DNA of 64,000 nucleotides, taken from an uncultured Bacteroidales bacterium. GTDB lineage: Bacteria > Bacteroidota > Bacteroidia > Bacteroidales > GCA-2748055. The stretch spans positions 1,550,299 through 1,614,298 of the forward strand of contig CAVYRO010000002.1 of NCBI GenBank assembly GCA_963771005.1, read 5' to 3'. A model generated the notes under the pieces. That model saw only the letters and a program-made list of their open reading frames with translations. It had not been told where the DNA came from and ran no database searches. The first letter of the stretch is position 1; each line of letters begins with the position of its first letter. Shown one piece after another: positions 29,822-40,013 of the stretch. The translations under genes and the position numbers were made by a program.

Positions 29822-29954
29822 ACAACTATGTAAGCCCTGCCCGATCAGGATGAATTATCAGTTTAGAAAGTAACAAATTTACAATTCATTCCTGAATGGT
29901 ATTGCCGGGAAAATTTATTCATTAAATTATTTCTAATTATTGATGATAAGGTTA

Positions 29955-29986
29955 TCTGCACAACCCTTCGACTTCGCTCAGGGAAC
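29955..29986. repeat. solo terminal-repeat fragment of the hairpin element
   Basis: tctgcacaacccttcgacttcgctcagggaac matches the element terminus. It is followed by aatctgtg/aatccgtg-type microsatellite sequence to about 30060. Confidence 0.6.
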
Positions 29987-30094
29987 GCGGATGACAACGA
30001 TAGTACAGATAACCACGGATTTGAATCTGTGTGAATCCGCATAATCCGTGTTTGCGTTCTAATTTGAATTTAGTTTTGAGAGAAAACAAACCGA

Positions 30095-30958
30095 TTATCC
30101 ACGCACACTTGCCTCAGGATACCTCTTCTCAATATCCTTAAGCTGCTCATAACTTTCAATGCCGAGGGTGAAGGCATCGAGGAAATCATGCCCGGCCTGG
30201 AATTCAAGGCATTCGTCCTTTTTGTCGACAAGCCGTCCGGCGCCGTAAACCTTCATGCCGATGATGGCCTTGCCATTATCCTTCATTCTTTCCAGAACAG
30301 AGCGGACGGTCGCTACATCCGAATCCATATGTGCTGCACCCGGGTTGAACCTGGCAAGATCCACCTGCACCCAGGGTTCATCGGCAGCCGTTTTCAGGGC
30401 ACCGAGTGAATGGCATGAAATACCCTGGGCCCTGACGATTCCTTTTGCCCTGGCATCATCCAGTGCATCCATAGCGCCTTTCAGGTTCATATTCCAATCG
30501 GGATCGGTAATGGCATGAAGAAGGACGATATCCAGGTAATCAGTCCCAATCTCCTTCCTGAAACGATCGATGTCGGCATTCATTTCATCATAGGTTCTCG
30601 CATGCGATTTGGTAAGGATCACAACCTTGTCGCGAGGTACCATTTTAAGCGCTGCTTTCAGGTGGGGATGTGATCCGTACTGGTCCGCCGAATCCCAGAA
30701 ATTGATGCCCTGGTCATAAGCTGCATGCAGCATCTCCGACAGCCCTTTGATCCCGAGCCTGCGGGTCTGGTCCGAACTTCCTCCCGAACCATCTGTGCCT
30801 GTTCCCATGGCCATTCGTGACATTTCTATGCCCGTATTTCCCAGGGGGACAATATCGGAAACATACTTTTTCTTTGTGCCGGCGTACAGGTGGTACGGAA
30901 AGGAACTCAACAGGGCAGCTCCGGCCAGGCTGTATTTAAGAAAATGTCTTCTTTTCAT
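30095..30958 (-). CDS. aldo/keto reductase with Tat signal
   Basis: MKRRHFLKYSLAGAALL is a twin-arginine leader at 30958. AKR motifs are INFWDSADQYG and LTKSH. Confidence 0.8.
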   Translation of the reverse strand: MKRRHFLKYSLAGAALLSSFPYHLYAGTKKKYVSDIVPLGNTGIEMSRMAMGTGTDGSGGSSDQTRRLGIKGLSEMLHAAYDQGINFWDSADQYGSHPHLKAALKMVPRDKVVILTKSHARTYDEMNADIDRFRKEIGTDYLDIVLLHAITDPDWNMNLKGAMDALDDARAKGIVRAQGISCHSLGALKTAADEPWVQVDLARFNPGAAHMDSDVATVRSVLERMKDNGKAIIGMKVYGAGRLVDKKDECLEFQAGHDFLDAFTLGIESYEQLKDIEKRYPEASVRG

Positions 30959-31130
30959 GGCATTTGGTTTAAGTGTAGTGTAGTCTGGAAGTAACAAACA
31001 GGATCCCTCCTTTGTTAGACACAACTTATGTATTTAACAGATTTTAAACAACTTATAAGATCACTGCCCGCGACATACCCAGGACGTCCCGTAAATTTCC
31101 ATCTTTTTTTAATGGAATCCAAATGAAAAC

Positions 31131-31250
31131 GCATGCGACGTCTCCGCACGCGGTAAAGACGTTGCAATGCAACGTCTCTACATAAGGTAAAGACGTTGCA
31201 TGCAACGTCTCTACATACGGTAAAGACGTTGCATGCAACGTCTCTACATG
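31131..31250. repeat. tandem REP-like array, 3.5 copies of a 33-bp unit containing the palindrome GACGTTGCATGCAACGTC
   Basis: ggtaaagacgttgca(a)tgcaacgtctctaca occurs three times, plus a partial copy. The array overlaps the stop of the upstream minus-strand gene by a few bases and runs downstream of it. Confidence 0.85.
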
Positions 31251-31597
31251 GAACGTCCTAACTCATCCCCGAGGAACTTCTTTTGATCGGTATTCAGAGA
31301 CGATTTCATTTTCTGAAAGGTGGTATAAGCAGCAGTTTCCATGCTAACCCTTGCTGCCGAGCATGCCTCCAGCTGTTTTTTTATTTCGGCCGGAGAAGCA
31401 TCTTTATTCATCAGCGAACGCAGTTTAATCTGTGCTTTTGAAAGCTCAGCCTGGTAACCGGCCTGCTCCTTTTTAAAAGCCGCTTGCATATCAATGAGAT
31501 CCGACGCCTGGTCATCACTCAGCGAAAGCTCTTCGCGCATATCCGCCATCCGGTTGATCATCATCACGTACCGGTGCATGGGCATCATCCGGTCCAT
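31244..31597 (-). CDS. Spy/CpxP (LTXXQ)-family periplasmic chaperone / heavy-metal sensor-like domain (no signal peptide of its own)
   Basis: LSLSDDQASDLIDMQAAFKKEQ...LNTDQKKFL are LTXXQ-type helical repeats. This is probably the 3' part of one gene together with 31585-31884. Confidence 0.55.
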   Translation of the reverse strand: MDRMMPMHRYVMMINRMADMREELSLSDDQASDLIDMQAAFKKEQAGYQAELSKAQIKLRSLMNKDASPAEIKKQLEACSAARVSMETAAYTTFQKMKSSLNTDQKKFLGDELGRSM

Positions 31598-31884
31598 ACC
31601 GTGGCGGAATCCTTCATTCCTGCCATTCCTGTCATGTTCATGCCGTTGGAGATTAAATTTTTCCGGTTTTGTCCCATCATACCGGGAACACCATGCATCC
31701 CGGGTCTTCCTTTCATTTCAGCCATGCATGGGCAACCCGGCATCCCAGGACAGCTCATCATCTCACTGTTATCCATCATCGGGTGATGCCGGAGGGAATC
31801 CCGCATCATTCTTTGTTGCATCTGAGCGTTAACACCCTGGCCGGCAGCCAGGAACATGGCAAGCACTACCGTTGTAAGTTTCAT
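31585..31884 (-). CDS. secreted Met/His-rich protein (probable N-terminal part of the Spy/CpxP-like protein)
   Basis: Signal peptide MKLTTVVLAMFLAAGQGVNAQ, followed by an M/H/G/P-rich segment (HHPMMDNSEMMSCPGMPGCPCMAEMKGRPGMHGVPGMMG). Confidence 0.5.
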   Translation of the reverse strand: MKLTTVVLAMFLAAGQGVNAQMQQRMMRDSLRHHPMMDNSEMMSCPGMPGCPCMAEMKGRPGMHGVPGMMGQNRKNLISNGMNMTGMAGMKDSATVWTG

Positions 31885-32277
31885 TTTTTTACTCCTTTTT
31901 TGTTTTTTAGATCATAATTCCAAAGGATTGACGCTAAATGCGGGGGAAGGTTTAATAGGGGGCCGAAGATACGAGGGGACGACGATGGACAAAATGCTGA
32001 GTGAAGCCGGAACGGGGGGACTTCGTAAAGGCAAAAGTAAAAAGGCAAAAGTAAAAAGGCAAAAGTAAAAAGTGAAGAGGAGGAGGAGAAAGCTGATGGT
32101 TTTTTGACCTGAATCTGATCATAAATCCATTTTTTGGGTTAAAAAAGCATCAGAATCGGAAGATACCTCTTAAAAGTTATTTCCCAAATCCGAAATCCGT
32201 GTTGCGAATTCAACAATCCTTCAGCATCCGTCTAATCCGTGTCCATCCGTGTTCCTTCCCATCCTCAGCTCTCTTCA

Positions 32278-33198
32278 TTACTCGAACAGGATGGTACTGA
32301 AGTATCTTTCACCGGTATCCGGCAGCACAACAACGATAGTTTTACCAGCATTTTCCGGTTTTTCTGCCACGATAAGGGCTGCATGCATAGCCGCACCGCT
32401 GGAAATACCAACGAAAATACCCTCCTTCGTTGCAAGAGCCCTCGCAGTGGATATCGATTCCTCCTCATTTACCCGGATCACCTCGTCGTATGCTTTAGTA
32501 TTAAGCACATCGGGAATAAAACCTGCGCCGATGCCCTGGATCTTATGCGGCCCGGGATCACCACCCGAAAGAATTGGTGAGCCCGTAGGTTCAACTGCAT
32601 AGATCCTGATGCCGGGTTTCCTCTTTTTCAAAAGTTCAGATACACCGGTGATGGTACCACCCGTACCGATCCCGGCAACGAATATGTCCACTGCTCCATC
32701 TGTATCATTCCATATCTCCTCTGCCGTAGTCTCCTTGTGGATCCGGGGATTGGCCTCGTTCTTGAATTGCTGCGGTATAAAATGATCCCTATGCTGACCT
32801 GCCAGCTCGGTAGCTTTGGCTATGGACCCTTTCATTCCCTCGGAGGCGGGTGTAAGAACGATCTCGGCCCCGTACGCGGCCAGGATCTTGCGTCGCTCCA
32901 CACTCATGCTTTCGGGCATGGTCAGTATGAGCTTGTACCCTTTAGCAGCACTTACCATAGCCAGACCGATACCCGTATTGCCGCTTGTGGGTTCGATGAT
33001 CACCGTCCCGGGCTTGAGTTTTCCTGATTTTTCGGCCGCGACGATCATCGAGAGTGCGATCCTGTCTTTTACTGAGCCGGCCGGATTAAAGGATTCCAGT
33101 TTAGCAAGCACGGTTGCTGATCCGTTGCTGAGGTTGTTGATTTTTACAAGGGGTGTCCTCCCAATTGTTTCCGTAATATCCTTAAATATTTTTGACAT
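32278..33198 (-). CDS. cysK: cysteine synthase A (O-acetylserine sulfhydrylase)
   Basis: [11 protein letters not shown], the PLP-lysine motif [15 protein letters not shown] and [10 protein letters not shown]. Confidence 0.9.
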   Translation of the reverse strand: MSKIFKDITETIGRTPLVKINNLSNGSATVLAKLESFNPAGSVKDRIALSMIVAAEKSGKLKPGTVIIEPTSGNTGIGLAMVSAAKGYKLILTMPESMSVERRKILAAYGAEIVLTPASEGMKGSIAKATELAGQHRDHFIPQQFKNEANPRIHKETTAEEIWNDTDGAVDIFVAGIGTGGTITGVSELLKKRKPGIRIYAVEPTGSPILSGGDPGPHKIQGIGAGFIPDVLNTKAYDEVIRVNEEESISTARALATKEGIFVGISSGAAMHAALIVAEKPENAGKTIVVVLPDTGERYFSTILFE

Positions 33199-33242
33199 CT
33201 TTTTAAATTTTTATTTTCTATATAAATAATCTTTTCAGGAAT

Positions 33243-33273
33243 AAAAAAACCCCTCACGAAACGGTGAAGGGTT
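33243..33273 (-). terminator. Rho-independent terminator downstream of copA and the small Cys-rich ORF
   Basis: The minus strand reads cccttcaccgtttcgtgaggggttttttt, a GC stem followed by a T7 run. Confidence 0.6.
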
Positions 33274-33296
33274 GAATATATAAAATTCATTATTAA

Positions 33297-33386
33297 TCAG
33301 GATATTATATAATGATCACCCTTCCCGCCCGGAGAACAGTTACAGCAACACTTGCATTCCTTCGCTTTCCTTAAAAAAGTGATCAT
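33297..33386 (-). CDS. candidate 29-aa cysteine-rich micropeptide (MITFLRKAKECKCCCNCSPGGKGDHYIIS)
   Basis: It has an ATG and a stop, and lies between the copA stop (33515) and the terminator (33243-33273). Five Cys fall within seven residues. The only support is the ORF itself. Confidence 0.2.
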   Translation of the reverse strand: MITFLRKAKECKCCCNCSPGGKGDHYIIS

Positions 33387-33514
33387 GATAGTAAAACTAT
33401 TGTTCATAATTCAAAATATTCAAGAGTAATAACATATCAATCCTCTTTTAGTTTCCCTGGATGCAAAAAAAATAATTTAATTGCAACATTCCAGCGATGC
33501 AGTCCGTCTGACTC

Positions 33515-36419
33515 TTACTTTTTTCTCAGCCTCAGAGCATTCAGGATTACGGACACCGAACTGAAGCTCATTGCCGTGGCAGCGATAACCGGACTCAGCA
33601 AAAGTCCGAAAAACGGGTAAAGGATCCCTGCTGCAACAGGAACGCCGATGGAATTGTATATGAACGCGAAAAACAGGTTCTGCTTTATATTCTTCATCAC
33701 CTTAATGCTGAGATCTCTTGCCCGTACTATCCCGTTAAGATCTCCTTTAACGAGTGTGATCCCGGCGCTCTGCATGGCGATGTCGGACCCTGTTCCCATG
33801 GCAATGCCAATATTGGCCTGGGCAAGCGCCGGTGCATCATTGATCCCGTCTCCGGCCATGGCCACGATATGTCCCTGATCCTGCCATTCTTTAACCTTGT
33901 TGTATTTATCATCCGGCAGGCAGTCTGCTAGATACCCATCGAGGTTCAATTCAGTCGGCAACGGCTTTTGCAGTATACTCATTGTCACCGGTAAGCATAT
34001 AAACTTTCACGCCCATTTCCTGAAGCGCACTGATCGCCCCGGCTGAGGTCTTTTTGATGGTATCAGAAACGCTGACCATCCCTTCCACCCGTCTGCCGGC
34101 GACAAGAAACATCACCGTCTGGCCGGTCGATTGCCATTCTTCGGCAAGCTTTTCCTGGCTTTCGGAAAGAGAAGCCTTGAAATCATCGAGCAGGCGGAGA
34201 TTTCCAAGACCGATAGGCTCACCGTTGTACATGGCCTGCACGCCTTTGCCGGTAACTGATAAGAAATCCCGGACCTCGATAAGACCTGTTTTCTGTTCCT
34301 CTGCACCTTTTACGATGGCTTCCGCAACGGGATGATTGCTTTGCGCATCGATGGAAGCAGCGAGACGAAGAATGTCTTCATCCTGCAACTTCCCGAACGA
34401 TTTCCATGACTTCAATCGCGGTTTGCCTTCGGTAATCGTTCCGGTCTTATCGATGATCAGCAAATCCACCTTGTTCATCTCCTCGATGGTTCGGGCATCC
34501 TTCACCAGTATACCGGATTGTGCTCCCCGCCCTGTTCCTACCATTATCGACATAGGGGTAGCCAGTCCCAGTGCACAGGGACAGGCAATGATTAGTACAG
34601 ACACGGAATTGACAAACGCATAAACCAGGGCAGGCTCCGGCCCCCATATCGCCCATAGGGCAAAGGTTACTACAGCCACCGAAACCACGATTTGAACGAA
34701 ATATTTCGCCACCAGGTCGGCCAGTCTTTGGATAGGAGCCCTTGTCCGGCTGGCTTCATTCACCATTTCAATGATCCGTGCAAGCAGCGTATCACTGCCC
34801 ACTTTCCGGGCCTCCATTACGATGGAGGTATTCCCGTTGATGGTTCCCCCGGTTACGTCATCTCCTACCGATTTATCAGCCGGCACAGGCTCTCCTGTGA
34901 TCATACTTTCATCGACAGTAGCTTCACCCTCAAGGATCTTCCCGTCAACCGGGATCTTCTCACCGGGCCGGACTCTGAGACGGTCACCAACCACAACTTC
35001 TTCTAGAGGGATCTGTTCTTCATGGCCGTTACGAATGATCCGGGCCACCGGAGGTGCCAGGTTCAGAAGCGCCCGGATGGCTGAATTGGTTTTGCTGTGG
35101 GCTCGCAGCTCCATTACCTGGCCCATAAGAACCAGGGAAAGAATAACCGTCGACGCTTCAAAATACAAATGTACATTGCCGGCGGCATCCTTAAACTGCG
35201 CAGGAAACAAACCGGGAAAGATAAGGGCCAAAACGCTGAAAATAAATGCAGCACCTACACCGAGACTGATCAGGGTCCACATGTTTGGGGACCTTCTTCT
35301 GACAGAGCTGTAACCGCGTTTGAAAAACTGCCATCCCGAATAGAACACCACAGGGATGGACAAGAGAAATTCCAGCCAGCCCCATGCTCTTTCGGAAATA
35401 AAATTTTCGAGGTGAACTCCTTTGATCATACCAGACATAGCCACGAGAAAGACAGGTGCAGTAAAGATGAGAGCTACTTTGAATTTTCGCAGCATCTTTA
35501 TATAAGCCTTTTGTTCCTCATCGGTTTTCTGAACCTTTTCGGGAACCAGGTCCATACCGCATTTTGGGCAGGTACCGGGACCTTTTTGCCTGACCTCCGG
35601 ATGCATCGGACAGGTATAGATCAGGTTGCCGGCAGAACTCCTATTTTCCACTTTAAGGAGATCCATGCCGCATACCGGGCAGTCTCCCGGATGATCATAG
35701 GTTTTATCCCCTTCGCACCGCATCGGGCAATAATATTCTTCACCTGTCTGCCCGTTACCTGACTTTGCATGTTCTCCGTACCCCTGGCCATGCCCGTGAT
35801 GTTCCTGGTGATGAGAATGAGGATGTTCTTTATGACTATCCCGTTGCTCACCCTCCCTGACCAGGAACATGTTGCAAACCGGGCATCTCCCAGGTTCATC
35901 GTAGGTTTTGTCACCTTCACAATGCATAGGACAATAATACTTTTCACCGGAGTGTTCTATTTCCTTCTCTGGCTTTTCCACCTGATTGACATGCCCTTCC
36001 GTGTCAGCCGGATTATCCTCCGTTACTTTTACCAGGTGCATTCCACATACCGGACAATCACCGGGCTGGTCATAAATTTTGTCCCCTTCACAATGCATCG
36101 GGCAGATATACTCTCCGCCTGCTTGATGATCTTTCGTAAAGTCATGATTATCCTGCCGGGAAATGCTTTTCCCAATATGCTGTCCTTTGTGATCACCAGG
36201 ATCAAAACGGATGGAATAGCCGGTACGCTGAACGGCTGAAACCATACTTTTCCGGCTGACCTGATCCGGTTCATACCGGATCGAAGCGAGTTCACCGGTT
36301 AAGCTGACCGAAGCTTCCGCCACGCCTTCTATCGACAGAAGGGTTTCCTGTATTTTACGGGCGCAGGACTGACAACCCATGCCTTCCACAATGGCATTTT
36401 CAGAGATGTATTTTTTCAT
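33515..36419 (-). pseudogene. copA: copper-translocating P-type ATPase (P1B) with HMA plus four CPMH..PG.CP.CGM metal-binding repeats; one frameshift near 33963
   Basis: It has an N-terminal HMA domain ([11 protein letters not shown]) and four repeats (Y[IYT]CPM[HR](C/P)EGDK.YD.PG.CPVC[GN]M). P-type motifs are CPC ([12 protein letters not shown]), DKTGT and TGDN in the first ORF, and GDGINDAP in the second ORF. ..TAKAVAD* and [13 protein letters not shown].. join if one T is removed. Confidence 0.85.
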
Positions 36420-36513
36420 AATTCAATTTATGAACCAAAGATAGGGTGTAATTCCGCCTCCGGCTTTACAGAATCATTCCAAAGATGTTCGATTTTTACC
36501 GGAAAAAGGTAGC

Positions 36514-36858
36514 TTATTGATTCAGATATTCGAGGAGAGCAGTGGCATTGTTGTGGTTTTCATCCTTTGCAGCATATAGCAAAACGACCCTGCCGCGGGT
36601 AATCTCAAGTTCCCTGAGTTTACCTGTAAGTTCCGGTTTATCCTTAAGTTCCGAAAAATATCTTTTACGGAATGCATCCCATTTATGCGGATCATGTGCA
36701 AACCATTTGCGCAATTCCTCCGACGGGGCGATCTCTTTCATCCACTCGTCCAGCCCGGCAACCTTCTTTGAGATACCCCGGGGCCATATCCTGTCGACAA
36801 GGATCCGATAACTTCCCTTTTCAGGATGCGAGCTATATATTCTTTCTATGGTAAACAT
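36514..36858 (-). CDS. DUF488 domain protein
   Basis: RILVDRIWPRGISK...W.KEIAPS.ELRKWF.HDP.KW..F..RY is the DUF488 signature. Confidence 0.75.
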   Translation of the reverse strand: MFTIERIYSSHPEKGSYRILVDRIWPRGISKKVAGLDEWMKEIAPSEELRKWFAHDPHKWDAFRKRYFSELKDKPELTGKLRELEITRGRVVLLYAAKDENHNNATALLEYLNQ

Positions 36859-36948
36859 GCATTCTTCCCGTTAAATAAATAAATCTCATTCTGAAGTGGG
36901 GCTGTCCCAAAATTCGTTAACGGACTATTCGTGCTATCAAATTGTACG

Positions 36949-37194
36949 TAGTATCAGAAAGAACCCTTCGACTTCGCTCAGGGACCGGCGACTTCATTCA
37001 AGAGGGTGAACTTTTCGGATGGTGGTAAGGCAGGCCAAAGGCCCTTATGTATAAATCTGAAATTCAATGGTTTTCTTATGAAGGGCCTATTGCCTGCCTT
37101 ACCACCATCCGAAAAGTTCTTCGTTCATCGAATTGACCGGTCCCTGAGCGAAGTCGAAGGGTTGTCGGGTTTTCTTGCAAACACTAAGTATTAG
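36949..37194. mobile_element. MITE-like hairpin element, copy 1 (about 245 bp, long terminal inverted repeats plus an internal inverted repeat)
   Basis: The TIR cccttcgacttcgctcagggaccgg pairs with ccggtccctgagcgaagtcgaaggg. The internal IR cttttcggatggtggtaaggcaggc pairs with gcctgccttaccaccatccgaaaag. It is near-identical to 48511-48760. Confidence 0.65.
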
Positions 37195-37225
37195 TTTTTA
37201 TAACAAACTTTCGAGACAGCCTCTT

Positions 37226-39640
37226 TTATTTTGCTTCAGAATACATCTTCGTTCTGAATTTCACCTTACCGCCATAGGGATCATCCTTCAATGAATAAGT
37301 GTTCCCTTTTTTATCCAGGGTAAGCTGATGTAGTACATTGTCGGAAGGAAGGCAAACCAGACCGCCGGCATCCGGGGTCCCGCTGGAATATACCACCAGG
37401 TCGAGCGCAGACCAATCCATGTCCTGGGTGGATTGTGCGAGTTTGATCTCCGGGATAACGGTACCGTCTTTTATCAGGATGATTGCCTCGATCTCTCCGG
37501 GTTTCATAGAATGCCAGCCTCCTGAATAGGTTTTTCCCGACTGGAAATCGATCCATTTTCCTTCCGGGAGGTAAACATTCCGTTCCGTGGTCTTCTCGAA
37601 CATGGGCGCCACCAGGATCCCGGAACCAAACATGTATTCATTGTCGATCAGCCAGGCACCCGCGTCTCCGGGGAACTCAATGAAAAGAGCTCTGACCATG
37701 GGAAGTCCCTTCTCGGTACATTCTTTGGCCTGTGCATATATATAAGGCATCAGCTTGTATTTCATATTCGTAACGTTCCGGAAATAATCATTGAAATCCT
37801 GCCCGTACTCCCAGGGTTCTTTCGGGGGTGCACCGTGACAGCGGCTATGGGATGAAAGCATCCCGAAAGGCAGCCACCGCCGGTAAATATCTTCGGGTGT
37901 CCTGTTTACGAAGCCCCCGATATCATGGCTCCAGAAGGAGAAACCGCTCAGCCCGAAGGAAAGGCCTCCCCGGAGTTCAGCCTGCATGGCATCATCGGAG
38001 TTGGCTGCGTCGCCGCCCCAGTGCAGCGGGTAACGCTGGCTGCCCGCCCAGGCGCTGCGGGCCCATATGATGCTTTCTCCGTTCACTTCGCGGGTGATAT
38101 CCGCCACGGCTTTGTTGTACCGGAGTGGATAAAGATTATGCTCATAAAATCCGGTGCGTCCCGAAGCATAGATCCCGGTGGCGGGGGCGGCTTCTCCAAA
38201 ATCGACCTTGATAGCCCCGACGCCCATTTTCAGGAGGCTGCCGATCTTGTCCTGGTACCAGGCCACTGTATTGGGATTTGAAAAATCAAGTGTGGCATCT
38301 TCATACGGTGTATTTCCTTTGGCATCCTTGACATACAGCCCTTTTTCAATGATCTCATTGTAAAGGCTGTTTTTGGGTACGAAATAGGGAAGCTGCCACA
38401 GGCAGATATGGAATCCCTGTTTTTTCAGGTCGGCGATCATTTTTTCAGGATCGTCGAAACGGGATTTTGAAAATTTGTAATCACATCGCCAGTCAGTCTC
38501 GAACCAGCCGGTGTCAAAATGAAGGACATCGGAAGGAATTTTATTTTCCCGCAGTTTTGCAGCCACCTCCCGGCCTTCCTTCTCTGAAAAATAGGAAATC
38601 CGGCTCATCCAAAGGCCAAAAGACCACAACGGGGGCATGGAAGGCTTACCGGTAATATCGGTGTAAGCATCCAGTATATCGGCGGGTTTACCAAGGAATA
38701 TAAAAAGGTCCAGGTTATCATCACCAATCATGAGGGAACTCACGGCATTGAAATATTTTCCAAAATCGCAGGTGACAGGTGTTGACGTATGCATAAAGAT
38801 CCCGTAACCGCGGCTGCTCATGAAGAACGGAATGGGTTTGTACATGGCTTCGTTCTGAATTCCGTTGGCATCATCGGCCCAAAGGACTACTTTTTGTCCC
38901 CGTTTGTTGAGCTGGGTGAAGGACTCGCCGCAGCCGAAGATCTTTTCATCGGGCGAAAGGGTGAATACCGCACTGAAACTCCTTGAATAGTCGGAGGTAC
39001 GCCGTACGAAGGAAAACGGTAAAACGGGGGTGTAGGTCGAATTGCTGAAATCAACATGATTCACAGTCGATGTCAGTAATTTTCCATCCGTGTCATAAAT
39101 TTTTATTTTGAAAGGTGACGATTCGATCACTACCTTTCCATACTGACTTGTAAACTGGTATCCGCCGGCATTCTTTGTACCCTTCCACGAGGTCTTGTCG
39201 ACGGGCGCTTCTCCATTAACCAGCATCAGGGATTTTTGATCCTCTTTCATAAGGGATCCCGACTTTGCCCTTATCCGGATCGTCCTCGGGGATGAAAAAT
39301 CCAGTTTAAATTCAAGGGAAGGTGAAGCCGCATATTCATTCGATGGGAATTCATTGGCCGGTACCCGCTTCAGGGTACCCAGCGTATTGTCGAATGCAAG
39401 CCGGGTGAAAAACTCGTACCTGTGATAAACTAGGCTGCCAACCCCTGTTGCCGGGTCGAAGCCGGCCAGGCTGTCGGCCAGGTAATAGGTATTTGTGAAA
39501 TCATGAAAATCCCCGCTGATATCAATGGGTTCATTCATTAAATATTGCGGATGTCCGGGCTGATCCGGAATCTGGGCATTAAGCTTACATACCGGGCAAA
39601 TCAGTGCCACGGCAACAAGGATTGTCAAAGATCTTGTCAT
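37226..39640 (-). CDS. glycoside hydrolase family 31 (alpha-xylosidase/alpha-glucosidase-like)
   Basis: It has a signal peptide, KVDFGE around the nucleophile region, WGGD, and HSRCHG in the region of the GH31 acid/base motif. Confidence 0.85.
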   Translation of the reverse strand: MTRSLTILVAVALICPVCKLNAQIPDQPGHPQYLMNEPIDISGDFHDFTNTYYLADSLAGFDPATGVGSLVYHRYEFFTRLAFDNTLGTLKRVPANEFPSNEYAASPSLEFKLDFSSPRTIRIRAKSGSLMKEDQKSLMLVNGEAPVDKTSWKGTKNAGGYQFTSQYGKVVIESSPFKIKIYDTDGKLLTSTVNHVDFSNSTYTPVLPFSFVRRTSDYSRSFSAVFTLSPDEKIFGCGESFTQLNKRGQKVVLWADDANGIQNEAMYKPIPFFMSSRGYGIFMHTSTPVTCDFGKYFNAVSSLMIGDDNLDLFIFLGKPADILDAYTDITGKPSMPPLWSFGLWMSRISYFSEKEGREVAAKLRENKIPSDVLHFDTGWFETDWRCDYKFSKSRFDDPEKMIADLKKQGFHICLWQLPYFVPKNSLYNEIIEKGLYVKDAKGNTPYEDATLDFSNPNTVAWYQDKIGSLLKMGVGAIKVDFGEAAPATGIYASGRTGFYEHNLYPLRYNKAVADITREVNGESIIWARSAWAGSQRYPLHWGGDAANSDDAMQAELRGGLSFGLSGFSFWSHDIGGFVNRTPEDIYRRWLPFGMLSSHSRCHGAPPKEPWEYGQDFNDYFRNVTNMKYKLMPYIYAQAKECTEKGLPMVRALFIEFPGDAGAWLIDNEYMFGSGILVAPMFEKTTERNVYLPEGKWIDFQSGKTYSGGWHSMKPGEIEAIILIKDGTVIPEIKLAQSTQDMDWSALDLVVYSSGTPDAGGLVCLPSDNVLHQLTLDKKGNTYSLKDDPYGGKVKFRTKMYSEAK

Positions 39641-40013
39641 GGTTCGGATAATTAGTTTTAGATGCGTAGTTGGTTCCCTGGCTGGCTAATGTAGGAAGGT
39701 TTTTTCAAAAAACGAAACAGGATGAGATCAATTCCGGAAATCCGGATCCTGCTTTTTCTCTTCCCTGTGAGTAAACCGGCAGTAAAAAATAGTAAGTGTG
39801 TCCATCTTTCTTACTGTACAAAAAATCCGGTAAATTTTCAAAACAAAATTTATCCTGCCTTGTTTCCATAACACATCCGCAAAGGAAAAATCGTCTTGTT
39901 CTCCTGCCGCGGATCAGACCAACCCTGGCTCCTTCCCCATCATAAAAGCTTCAAAGTCCGCTTTTACGGGCAATTTTCAAATTTTATCATTAACTAAAAG
40001 AAAGGATTCAGTC

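Noticed and set aside
37006-37194. A 62-aa ORF (MNFSDGGKAGQRPLCINLKF...) and its twin at 48574-48759, which look like a conserved small protein.
   Set aside because: Both lie inside the two copies of the hairpin MITE-like element. The similarity reflects nucleotide repeat identity, and each ORF spans the palindrome axis.
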